Of a stretch of DNA of 64,000 nt, positions 24,259-35,032 are shown in pieces (position 1 is the first letter of the stretch; every line of letters begins with the position of its first letter). The notes below the pieces were generated by a model, which searched no databases, was not told where the DNA came from, and saw nothing but the letters and a program-made list of their open reading frames with translations. The stretch lies in NCBI RefSeq assembly GCF_032191835.1, contig NC_083234.1, positions 40,796,001-40,860,000 of the forward strand, given 5' to 3'. The stretch comes from Heteronotia binoei. Lineage: Eukaryota. Both the position numbers and the translations under genes were made by a program.

Positions 24259-24816
24259 NNNNNNNNNNNNNNNNNNNNNNNNNNNNNNNNNNNNNNNNNN
24301 NNNNNNNNNNNNNNNNNNNNNNNNNNNNNNNNNNNNNNNNNNNNNNNNNNNNNNNNNNNNNNNNNNNNNNNNNNNNNNNNNNNNNNNNNNNNNNNNNNNN
24401 NNNNNNNNNNNNNNNNNNNNNNNNNNNNNNNNNNNNNNNNNNNNNNNNNNNNNNNNNNNNNNNNNNNNNNNNNNNNNNNNNNNNNNNNNNNNNNNNNNNN
24501 NNNNNNNNNNNNNNNNNNNNNNNNNNNNNNNNNNNNNNNNNNNNNNNNNNNNNNNNNNNNNNNNNNNNNNNNNNNNNNNNNNNNNNNNNNNNNNNNNNNN
24601 NNNNNNNNNNNNNNNNNNNNNNNNNNNNNNNNNNNNNNNNNNNNNNNNNNNNNNNNNNNNNNNNNNNNNNNNNNNNNNNNNNNNNNNNNNNNNNNNNNNN
24701 NNNNNNNNNNNNNNNNNNNNNNNNNNNNNNNNNNNNNNNNNNNNNNNNNNNNNNNNNNNNNNNNNNNNNNNNNNNNNNNNNNNNNNNNNNNNNNNNNNNN
24801 NNNNNNNNNNNNNNNN
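24259..24816. other. Assembly gap (558 N)
   Basis: Run of n characters. Confidence 1.
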
Positions 24817-24949
24817 CCCCCCCCCGCTTTCGGCCCCCTTACCTTATTCCAGGGCGGCGGAGTCCAGCGGCGGCGGCGGCGGGGAGTCCTCCGGCGGCGG
24901 CGTCGCGGCGAGGGAGGGAGGGAGGGAGCTGCCGGCGCTGGCCTCCAGG

Positions 24950-26215
24950 GACCAGCGCCGGCTGCTCCGCGGCTTCCCCACGGCCTCCGCTGCTCCCTGG
25001 AGGCCCTCCAGAGACTCTGGAGGGCCTGCAGGGACCAGCGGAGGCCGCGGGGAAGCCTTCGCTGGCCGGCGCTGGTCCCAGAAGGCCTTCCAGAGGCTCT
25101 GGAAGGCCTTCCGGGACCAGCGCCGGGTGCCCCGCGGCTTCCCCGCGGCCTCCGCTGGTCCCTGCAGGCCCTCCAGAGAGTCTGGAGGGCCTACAGGGAC
25201 CAGCGGAGGCCGCGGGGAAGCCTTCGCTGGCCGGCGCTGGTCCCCGAAGGCCTTCCAGAGCCTCTGGAAGGCCTTCCGGGACCAGCGCCGGGTGCCCCGC
25301 GGCTTCCCCGCGGCCTCCAATGGTCCCTGCAGGCCCTCCAGAGAGTCTGGAGGGCCTACAGGGACCAGCGGAGGCCGCGGGGAAGCCTTCGCTGGCCGGC
25401 GCTGGTCCCCGAAGGCCTTCCAGAGCCTCTGGAAGGCCTTCCGGGACCAGCGCCGGGTGCCCCGCGGCTTCCCCGCGGCCTCCGCTGGTCCCTGCAGGCC
25501 CTCCAGAGACTCTGGAGGGCCTGCAGGGACCAGCGGAGGCCGCGGGGAAGCCTTCGCTGGCCGGCGCTGGTCCCGGAAGGCCTTCCAGAGGCTCTGGAAG
25601 GCCTTCCGGGACCAGCGCCGGGTGCCCCGCGGCTTCCCCGCGGCCTCCAATGGTCCCTGCAGGCCCTCCAGAGAGTCTGGAGGGCCTACAGGGACCAGCG
25701 GAGGCCGCGGGGAAGCCTTCGCTGGCCGGCGCTGGTCCCCGAAGGCCTTCCAGAGCCTCTGGAAGGCCTTCCGGGACCAGCGCCGGGTGCCCCGCGGCTT
25801 CCCCGCGGCCTCCGCTGGTCCCTGCAGGCCCTCCAGAGACTCTGGAGGGCCTGCAGGGACCAGCGGAGGCCGCGGGGAAGCCTTCGCTGGCCGGCGCTGG
25901 TCCCGGAAGGCCTTCCAGACGCTCTGGAAGGCCTTCCGGGACCAGCGCCGGGTGCCCCGCGGCTTCCCCGCGGCCTCCAATGGTCCCTGCAGGCCCTCCA
26001 GAGAGTCTGGAGGGCCTACAGGGACCAGCGGAGGCCGCGGGGAAGCCTTCGCTGGCCGGCGCTGGTCCCCGAAGGCCTTCCAGAGGCTCTGGAAGGCCTT
26101 CGGGGACCAGCGCCGGGTGCCCCGCGGCCTCTCCGCGGCCTCCGCTGGTCGCTGGAGGCCCTCCAGAGTCTCTGGAGGGCTTCCAGCGACCAGCGGAGGC
26201 CACGGAGAGGCCTCC
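24950..26215. repeat. GC-rich self-palindromic 165-bp satellite-like array
   Basis: gggaccagcggaggccgcgggg recurs at 25031, 25196, 25361, 25526, 25691, 25856 and 26021, with a diverged copy at 26186; each unit contains its own reverse complement. Confidence 0.95.
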
Positions 26216-29200
26216 ACCACTGCCGCCGGGCCCCGCGCGCGGGCGGGGAAGGCGGGAAGGGAGGGAGGGAGCGTCCCTGCGCGTGCGCAGGGACGCTCCC
26301 TCCCTCACTCCCCGCCTTCCCCGCCCGCGCCCGCGGCCCACCGGCTCCTGGGCTGCCTAAACCGGGACCTTTAATGGTCCCGGTATAGGCAGCCCGGGAT
26401 CCGGGATTGGGTGGCCAGATCCGGGAATGTCCCGGGAGACCGGGACGGTCTGGCCACCCTAGCCCCAGGCCTTGTCGCAACCTGGAAGTTTCCAGGTGCC
26501 CAGGACGAAGGTGAAGTTCATTGGTCAAAGCAAACACCCAATTGGGTGTCACCACGGGACTCGCCATTGGCTCTGCTAATGTCCAGCCTTCGTGCTCATC
26601 ACAGAGCCTCCCATTCCTCCTCCCCGTTGCCTCCCATCCCCTAAGGGCTCAGGTGAGGCCTTATAACCTGTGGACTAGCTACCCACAGGTGTGCCTCTAA
26701 CAGTATCCCAGTTCCGCTGTCTAGATCCATCCCCAATTCTGGCCACAGTTTTGGGTCCATTTCCCCTGTCCTCTTATGTCGCCATTGGGACCTTCCTCGA
26801 AGACTACGATGGTAAATATTACCCTGTGTGTCTACCCTTATATGTTCCTCTATCAATCTATCTGTGTTTCTTAGGCCTGTGTGAATGTGTGATTGTATTG
26901 TATTTTTATCTTGTGTGAAAGAACTATATTATTCTAAATAAATTACAATTGGTTTTACTAAATTAGAGTCCTTTTATTGAGCATTACCCTCTGGATGGTT
27001 GAGCCTGGTATATATTGGTAAAAAGATTCCTAGTGAGCCAGGTGCCCACCTAACTAATTCCCCAACCTCGTTTTGAGGGCATTTAGGCTTACAGTCTGCA
27101 CAGAACAAGGACCAGGCAGGACTAATCTGGTTTTAGAAAAACTTTCTGTGTCCTACTGAGTTAAAAACATGATAACCACTGGAGAACCACCCCCTAATTC
27201 TTACTGACAACAATATATCATGATCTATTGTGTCAAAAACTACCAAAAGATCTAAATGAATCAATAAAGAGTTTATTTTGTTCATCTACAAAGATCGATC
27301 TTCAGAGCTATTAAAGCTGTTTCAATCCCCAAAACCAGGTCCGAGGCCCAGCTGAAATGGATCAATGTCATCCTAAATCTGAACTTGCCTTTCCTCAGTC
27401 TGTTTAATCATCTTTGAAGAATGACACTCATAAATAACTAAGTTCTCAGAATAATGAGCATTCTATCTCTTTAATGCAACTTCTAGCACACTGCCCTTTT
27501 CTTTGTCCAGTGCTTTTAGGACAATGGTAATTCCTTTGTACTTACCAATAGCTACTGAGAATTATTATATTTCCTTATTTCCTTCCCTTGAAATTATATG
27601 TATATTGACATGAAGGAGGAGAATCAATATTGCATAGGTCACCCTGCTCCAAACAGTAAGATGAAATCTAGTGAAATCTATCAGAGTGTGACTGAAAGGC
27701 ATGAAAAAGGAAGGAACTTCATACAGGGCAAAGAAAGTTGGATTGTTGAACCCGTTACCAATAGTTGGTGTAACCTAGAATGCTACAGAAGCAGCACAAA
27801 GCTGTTAGTACACAGCTGTGCCTGGTCACAATCTTGTTGTGCACACTTGGTACCACATGGAGATGCTATGCTCTACTTCCCAGTACAAGACTGGCCACAC
27901 ATTTCTTTTTTAAAAAAGCTGTGTGCACAATGAAAGCTAGAAACCTTTTCAAGTCTAATGCGTGTTTACAAATTTCTAAATTTTGCACAAGCCAAAAGAT
28001 TCTAATAAAACTGAGCCTGCTGAAGACCACAGAAGACAAATTCATCTTCAAAGCTTTCTAGCACATATGAAGAACACGTCAACTCTGTTGTTTTCATTAT
28101 TTTCTTCTTACGCCTTTCGTCTCCTCTCCCACCAGAAGAGGTACCACTTTGTGTTCTCAGCTGTTTTGGCCCAGATCTCATGGAATGACTAAACTACCCT
28201 TTGCTCTATACCTCCACCTCCACATTTACTGGCAGCACTGTAACGATAGATCAGAGAGACAACTATAATGAACTATCTCCAAATTGCATTAATAAGAGGC
28301 AGCTGCTCTGGAAGCTAATAATGTAAAAAAACTTAGTCATGTTTTGAAGAACTTAATAGACCAAGTCCTTTCCATAGCCCGTCTATCACACATATTTCAT
28401 GTCCCTTTATATGTGAATTTACTCACACTCTCTCACTTGCTGCACTGCTTTCTTTCCACCCACTTAAGTAAGATGCAATGCAATGACTTCACTTGATTGG
28501 TTGGACAGCTGCCATTCTACTGCTGATGGCCAGCTTTAGCCTGGAGTGTCAACTGAAACTGCAGCTTCATATTCTATATAAATAGATTCCTTCCTCCCCC
28601 AGCATATACTGCTTACTATGAAAGCTATTTGAGAGCTCTGCATAGTTTTGTATTGTGTCTTGCTGCTATTTCAGTAGTTGCTTTTCAACAGCTTTGCAGC
28701 AGTTGCCATACTAAGACTCAGCAGACACAGAATGCTTTCAGTTTTGCTACAGCTTGGACTCTGGAGGAGCTTAACACCAAATCAAGGTGGGCATAGGTAA
28801 GTGTTGGGCTCCCTTTACAGATTCTAAATTTTGCCTGGATCTTGTTGGCGGCTTCCTTTGGCAATAATCATTTGATGGTTAACAAATGTCTATTACTGTG
28901 TTGTTGCCATAATGCAATAACATTTAGGTTCCTCTTGCCCAATCCACTGCAGGCAAGACTCCCTCAACTTGGACCATTCCCAGTACATCTGGTATCCTCT
29001 ACAATCCAATTATTTCTGAAAAATTTCTTACATGCTAAACTGGTCATGTGATTGTCTCAACACACATCCAGATTGCAAGTCAGTACGTTCCCACTCCACG
29101 CTGCAAGTCAGCAAGTTCTCACTTGAAACAATGACAGCTGGCTTACCACAGCCAAACTGAGCCAAGAAAGGTCACATGAACAGGCTGCTCAAGACCTCCC

Positions 29201-29744
29201 AGGAAGGAGGCTTTAAAGTTTCCTTGAACAGATATTCTTTGAGATAGGAACTCTTTCCCAGTATCCAACTTAAAAGCTTTGCTGCAACTTGAACCCTCAT
29301 CTTGAAGTAACTTTCCACATTAATTTTAGAGGAGACTATACACACCCAGATTTTGATGAATAAAGAGAAGAGCTGTCAGTCAATTTAAAAAGAATTAGAC
29401 ATTCATCTGTTGACTACATTTAAGTACAGGATGTATCAGCTGCTGCTTTGGGCACAGAAGGCCCCAGGTTCTGTTTCTGTCATCTCCTGTTAAAAGAATT
29501 TCAGGTAGCAAGTGTAAAGAAAGACTTTTCTATGCCTGAGACTATGGAAAGTCACTTTAAAAAAAAGAGGGAAGGTGCTGTGGCTCCATGCTACAGCACC
29601 TGCTTTGAAGATCCCAGGTTCCTTGCACACAATTCATGTAACGTTGACTCTGATATGCTATTTGCATCCATACTTTCTGGACCAAATCTGGGAGGCATAC
29701 AATAGAAACACAATACAACATGTATGCCTTTGATTATGGCATAT

Positions 29745-29915
29745 GGCTGTACCACAAGAGGCCTCACATATTTCAGCCTTGGTGCTTGGGGGGAGCAACA
29801 GCGGGAGGGCTTCTAGTCTCCTGGCCCCACTGATGGACCTCCCTATGGCACCTGGGTTTTTTGGCTACTGTGTGATCCAGTATTGGCCTGATCCAATATG
29901 GCTTCTCTTATGTTC
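29745..29915 (+). mobile_element. CR1 LINE 3' end fragment
   Basis: ggagcaacagcgggagggcttc...ggcctgatccaatatggcttctcttatgttc. Confidence 0.85.
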
Positions 29916-30027
29916 TTGTGTCATTCTGTATTTATTAGGGAGGGAACCCTTTTTGGTCCCATATTGATTTGTTAAAAGTTGCAAGTTGTAGCATGAGCCT
30001 GGTACATATATAATATGCTTGACCTCT

Positions 30028-30303
30028 GAAGAAGAAGACGACGACATTGGATTTATATTCCGGCCTCCACTCAAGAGTCTCAGAGTGGCTCACAATCTCC
30101 TTTATCTCCCTCCCCCACAACAGACACCCTGTGAGGTGGGTGGGGCTGAGAGGACTCTCACAGCAGCTGCCCTTTCAAGGACAACCTCTGCCAGAGCTAT
30201 GGCTGACCCAAGGCCATGCCAGCAGGTACAAGTGGAGGAGTGGGGAATCAAACCTGGTTCTCCCAGATAAGAGTCCGCACACTTAACCACTACACCAAAC
30301 TGG
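30028..30303 (-). mobile_element. Squam3-like SINE
   Basis: Reverse complement of the 19338-19630 family with a (GAA)n tail on the plus strand. Confidence 0.92.
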
Positions 30304-31012
30304 CTCTTTGGGGGCCAAAATGTGTTAGGGTCATATTGTTTTCTGCTTGTGTTTTATGCATTTTAATTTATAATGAGGCTAATGTTGGACCCCTAAATGT
30401 TTTTAATTATTTAGTAATAAATACATATAATATTTAAGCTATATATGCTTATAATAATATATATGCTTAAAATATATATGCTTATAATATTTAAGCTATA
30501 TATGCTGTATAGATATTCAGCTAAAGAACCACAGGTAGCAGCTGTTAGGAAGGACCCTTCTCTGCTGGAGGTCCTGGAGTTACTAGTCAAGGGTCACAAT
30601 GCTGGACTAGCTGGTTCAGCAACTGGCCATGTGGAAAGCAGCTTCACATGTGACTGTCTGTCTGGCAATCTGAAAGTGTAAATTAACTCGTTCAACGGAT
30701 CCTATAATATGTGAAATCCAGTTTACTGTATGTATCTTAATGTTTTTATTTTAGTGCTCTTTAATTATTTAATTTAGTTTTACTGAATTGTTCGTAGTAT
30801 GTGTTACACTAGCCCCCCTTTTTTGTAACCCACCATAAGTCTCAATGAAAAAGAGACAATAAACACAGTAATATTTACAGAGTGTATTATTCACCTTTCT
30901 CAATGAGACTCACAGGGGATAAGAGTTATAAGAGTAATAAAATATACAGTTTAATTTTAAGTATCATTAATTTTGGAAAGAAGGGTCATCTTTTGTTTCA
31001 TTCTCTGTTATA

Positions 31013-31228
31013 CAAAGCAGGAGTCAAGTGCATCCTTAAGACCAACTATGTTTTATTTAGAATGTAAGCTTTTGTGTGCTAAAAACACACTTCTTCGATG
31101 AGGGGATCAGGTAAAAGTGTGTTTTTAATAAAACACATTCTGAATAAAACTTAGTTGGTCTTAAAGGTGCAGCTTGACTCCTGCTTTGTTCAACTGCTTC
31201 AGACCAACACGGCTGTTCACTTGGATCT
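31013..31228. mobile_element. Penelope-like fragment with inverted pseudo-LTR and 13-bp TSD
   Basis: Arms 31013-31065 and 31135-31188 are inverted; terminal cagaccaacacggctg; ATTCTCTGTTATA at 31000-31012 and 31229-31241; related to 56530-56930. Confidence 0.75.
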
Positions 31229-31551
31229 ATTCTCTGTTATAGTCGCTCACCCAAAACAAAGCAAATTCCAAAATGTCTCAGCTATTTGCCTTTCTGCCAT
31301 TCAAAAGGAGGTCTCACATTGATTAATTAACTAAGATTTTAGCTGATCCATCAAAGAAAACCCATCAAAGTACACAGCTTTCACAAAGAGGAAATTAGGC
31401 AAAATTAACCCACACATCTATTTACAAAAGACAATGAGAATATAGAACAGAATTCTAGTAGATAAGCCTGTGGCAAGTTTGACCATCAGTTTCCCATTCT
31501 TTGTCCATGGACACTAGACTGGAAAAAGGTTGGCCAGTAGATTGAAAGAGC

Positions 31552-31731
31552 CAGGGCCAGATCTAAGGGGGGGCAAAAGGGGTGCTTGCCCCGGACGCCG
31601 ACGGAGAGGGGGATGCTAAATTGGGTATGGAGTCCACTGTATTCTATGGGACCATAAGATAGAATGGGCCCATAAGGCGACATCATTTTTAAATTTTGCC
31701 TCCCCTCAAAAAACATTAAGATCCAATTCTG
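31552..31731. mobile_element. hAT MITE with CAGGGCCAGATCT-type TIR
   Basis: cagggccagatcta ... aagatccaattctg; TSD GAAAGAGC/GAGAGAGC (7/8). Confidence 0.75.
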
Positions 31732-31899
31732 GAGAGAGCTGCAAAATACAACCTTACCTGCCCCCAGTATATAGCATATTAAAACTGATAGACTTTTTTT
31801 TTCAGTTATATGATTGCAGATAATATTGTATTATATTTTTTAATTGCAAAGTACTCTGGTGTGCTATAAATAATAAAGAAAGGCACTTGCTATATGATT

Positions 31900-32320
31900 C
31901 AATAAAGTCCATCTGGCTCCTAAAGGTATAAAGGGACGACACCAGGAGAACGTCAAAAAGGAAAGAATTCCACAGACATGGTACCAACACTGTGAAGGCC
32001 CTGCCTCTAGTCACTACTCAGGATTCTTCAGAAAATTTCAGTGGACCAGCAGATTTATATCTGAGATCAAATCGTAGAGTTTTAAAGATCAAAACCAGCA
32101 CTTTGAAAGTGTGCCCAGAAATCAACTGACTACCATTGTAGCTAATTTAGAACAGAGTAAATAAGATTGCTGTGATGTATTTAACACCCTTGTGTCTGAC
32201 CAGCCGAAGTTTTCAAGAAGTCTTCCAAGACAGTGCCATGTGGGGTGCATTATAGTAGCCAAGCAAGATTCTCAGAGGCGTTGAAGTCAGATTGTCACAG
32301 TTTGCCATTCTGTCACATTC
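31900..32320 (-). mobile_element. Old L2 fragment
   Basis: Minus strand actagaggcagggccttcacagtgttggtaccatgtctgtggaattc resembles the L2 3' region. Confidence 0.55.
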
Positions 32321-33313
32321 ACTTGTCAGCCAAACATGTATACTAATTTCTGGTTTTCCAGGATTCATGGAGTCTCAAGTTAAAAGGATCCCATGTACTA
32401 AGGCTGTAAAGACTTTTGAGAAGATTGGGGCCTGAGACCACAGACTGCCATTGCCAGCCAGAGCAAACGATATTGACAGATGCTGTAACTATACCTTAAA
32501 AGTTCTGTTAGTGTGGCCTGTTATAGTTGTGCAAACTCCTTCTCAGTATCTCTAGAAATTAAATCTCTGAAGGTCAAATGACAAATGATGTTGGAGCTTC
32601 ATGATGAGACATCCAGACATGTAATTTGGTCTTTAAAAATTGCCACAGGAAGCCTGCTGGATCTATAGCTCTAGGGAATATATAGGTCTATACTAGGGGT
32701 GTGCATTCGGTTTGGCTGAACCGAATAAACCTCCAAATCCCCCCTGATTCGGTATACGGCGCCATATACTTCCGAATCCAATTGGAAGCCATTATATGGG
32801 AGCCATATATGGCTCCCAGTATACTTCCGAATCAATATTTGGAAGTATATGGAAGTCCATAGAAAAGGCAAGAAAGGAGCTTCTGCAGCCTCAGGGGAGC
32901 TGCTTGTCTCCTTTCCCGCCTTTGGAAGCCTTTTCCCGCCTCTCCCATAGCCTCCCTGGGATCAGAGGGGGGGAGGGGGAGAGGAGCCCCAGCAGTTAAT
33001 CCAAAGCATGCATTTGCAAAATGCATTGCAAATGCATGCTTTGCAGAGCTGTTGTGTAGCTGATGGCTGGGCTAATCCCCCAGCCATCAGCAATATTGTT
33101 GTTCTTTTGTTTACTTGGGTATCCAAGCAAACAGTGTTCTCTGGCCAATCACAGAACAGTGGTATTTTTTGAAACTGTTCTGTGTAGGGTCAGAGAACCT
33201 TTTTAAGGAATCTGCCTGGCTGGACTCCATTCCATTGCTGCTGTGTTGGTGTGTGAAAGAGACTGTGCTGTGCTGGCCCTTGGCCTCAGCTGCTGATGCT
33301 CTCTCTCAGCCTT

Positions 33314-33524
33314 ATATGAACATATGAAGCTGCCTTATACTGAATCAGACCCTTGGTCCATCAAAGTCAGTATTGTCTTCTCAGACTGGCAGCGGCTCTC
33401 CAGGGTCTCAAGCTGAGGTTTTTCACGCCTATTTGCCTGGACCCTTTTTTGGAGATGCCGGGGATTGAACCTGGGACCTTCTGCTTCCCAAGCAGATGCT
33501 CTACCACTGAGCCACCGTCCCTCC
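33314..33524 (-). mobile_element. Young tRNA-derived SINE (Squam2-like) nested in the hAT
   Basis: Minus strand GGTGGCTCAGTGGTAGAGC (A box), GGTTCAATCCCCGG (B box), tail TATAAGGCAGCTTCATATGTTCATAT. Confidence 0.9.
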
Positions 33525-34019
33525 ATTCTTGTCCCAGCCTTGCCTGACCTGCCTGGAGAAGAGAAGACATCTAAGGTAAGACAGTCTTGGGGTTCTTGTT
33601 TTTATTTTAGTTAGTAAAAGGACTTTTTAAAACTCAGAGTCCCTTTACTTATCCAGATTTGGGTGGTGGGTACTGGGTAGCTTATTTGGGGTTAGGGTTA
33701 GGGGGTTCTGCTGGGGGTGGGGGCCTGGTGTGGGGGGGTTGCCAATTTGCCCATATCTTACTTTAGTGAGAGAATTTTTAAAAGTGCAGTGTCCTTTTAC
33801 TTTTCCTGATTTGGGTGGTTTGGATTTCTTGGGTTTAGGGTGAAGTTTTTTTTGGGGGGAGGGGTTGGTAAAGTTCCTGTATTGTTAAAAGTCAAGTTTT
33901 TTACTGTTTTAAAAGGATTCTGTGTTTGATTTGTTGCTGCTGTGTTGTGCTGCTGTTGTTCCTTGTCTCTTCTGGTTCTGGTTCTTGTGCGGGGGGAGGC
34001 TGTTTGGCCTAATTTTCAT

Positions 34020-34320
34020 TGTTAAAAAGGTCACTTTTTTAACAGTTAAGTTTCTTGGCCTTTTCTCAGTGATTTGGATCTGTTGTTGTTGGTTTTGCAT
34101 CCTGTCCTGTTGTCTCTTTTCCTGTTTCTGTTTTTTTTTTTGGGGGGGGGTGTTGTTGACTGATTTGGCCTGAGGTTTTTTATTGTTAAAAAGGTCGCTT
34201 TTTTAACAGTTGAGTTTCTTGGCCTTTTCTCAGTGATCTGTTTGGATCTGTTGTTGGTTTTGCATCCTGTCCTGTTGTCCCTTTTCCTGGTTCTGGTTTT
34301 TTTTGGGGGGGGGGGGGTGT
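34020..34320. repeat. ~163-bp T/G-rich direct repeat (2 copies) inside the hAT
   Basis: gttaaaaaggtc(a/g)ctttttaacagtt...gcatcctgtcctgttgtc...tttttgggggggg at about 34021 and 34184. Confidence 0.85.
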
Positions 34321-35032
34321 TAAAAGTTACGTTTCTTTCTGTCACGTTTTGGTTTTTTTAATTACCTATGGTTGGTGTGGGGGTTGGTGTGTGGGCTGTG
34401 TGGGGTGGGTCACTTTCATGTTTTTATAGAGTTATTTTTGGAGTCTGAGGGTGCTTTCGGTTTGGCTAGGGCCATTAAATAGGCTGCCCCACTAATAAGG
34501 ATGTTTTTAGGGATTGTGCTTAAAAAAAATTAATCCAATTTAGGGCTTTATATTCTTTCAAAATTCAACCAGGCCAGATAGGGGCGATTTAAAAAGATTT
34601 TAGGTTTCTCATAAAAAAGGCAGCATGACTACTGGGCCACATCAGGCTCCCTTTTAAAGAGACTAGGGTTGCAGTGCATCTTGCTTTCAGCCACTGAAAG
34701 CTGGTGCATCCTTAGATGTCCATAGGGTAAACCACAGCTTCTCTCTAGTTATAGGGGACACCTAGTTTGCAAGTAAATCCAGTTTGTCCCAGGATCTAGT
34801 TAGGAGAACTTTAACTAGGAGGATATAACAAGGATTGCCTTCATCTCAAGGTAGCCTAACCCAAACCCAAAGAAGGACAGGTTAGGGACCAAAAAACCAA
34901 ACAAACAAGTTTTGGTGGGAGGGTTTTTAAAAAGAAGTCAGGGCATCTGTTGGTTCAGGTGTAGTGTAGTAAGTTAGGTTTGAAAAAAAACCCACTCTCA
35001 GTTCAGGTTGCGTGAGACTAGCCAAGGGTGAC

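Larger units (their letters stand above)
22306..26461. mobile_element. Composite insertion bounded by hAT-type ends
   Basis: Left end TAGGGTGACCA and right end TGGCCACCCTA; flanks GCCCAGG/GCCCCAGG (8-bp TSD with one C indel). Removing the insert restores co-linearity with the other LTR. It spans an N gap, so unity is inferred. Confidence 0.7.
21674..27093 (+). mobile_element. ERV-like LTR (~1.26 kb net) split by a 4.2-kb insertion
   Basis: Termini TGTAGTCACC...GGCTTACA. Segments 21674-22305 and 26462-27093 align co-linearly with the reverse complement of 52856-54244. Confidence 0.85.

Noticed and set aside
24165-26567. Long ORFs (415-731 aa) in nearly all frames
   Set aside because: They arise from a stop-poor GC-rich 165-bp (55-codon) palindromic repeat and from translating through N; there is no domain signature.
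32661-32693. ctata(g/c)ctctagggaa present on both sides of the hAT, suggesting a longer TSD
   Set aside because: The left copy is not adjacent to the TIR. It reflects a pre-existing short duplication at the target; the true TSD is the 8-bp GTCTATAC.
33450-33524. tRNA gene
   Set aside because: The tRNA-like head continues into a SINE body and tail; it is a Squam2-like SINE.
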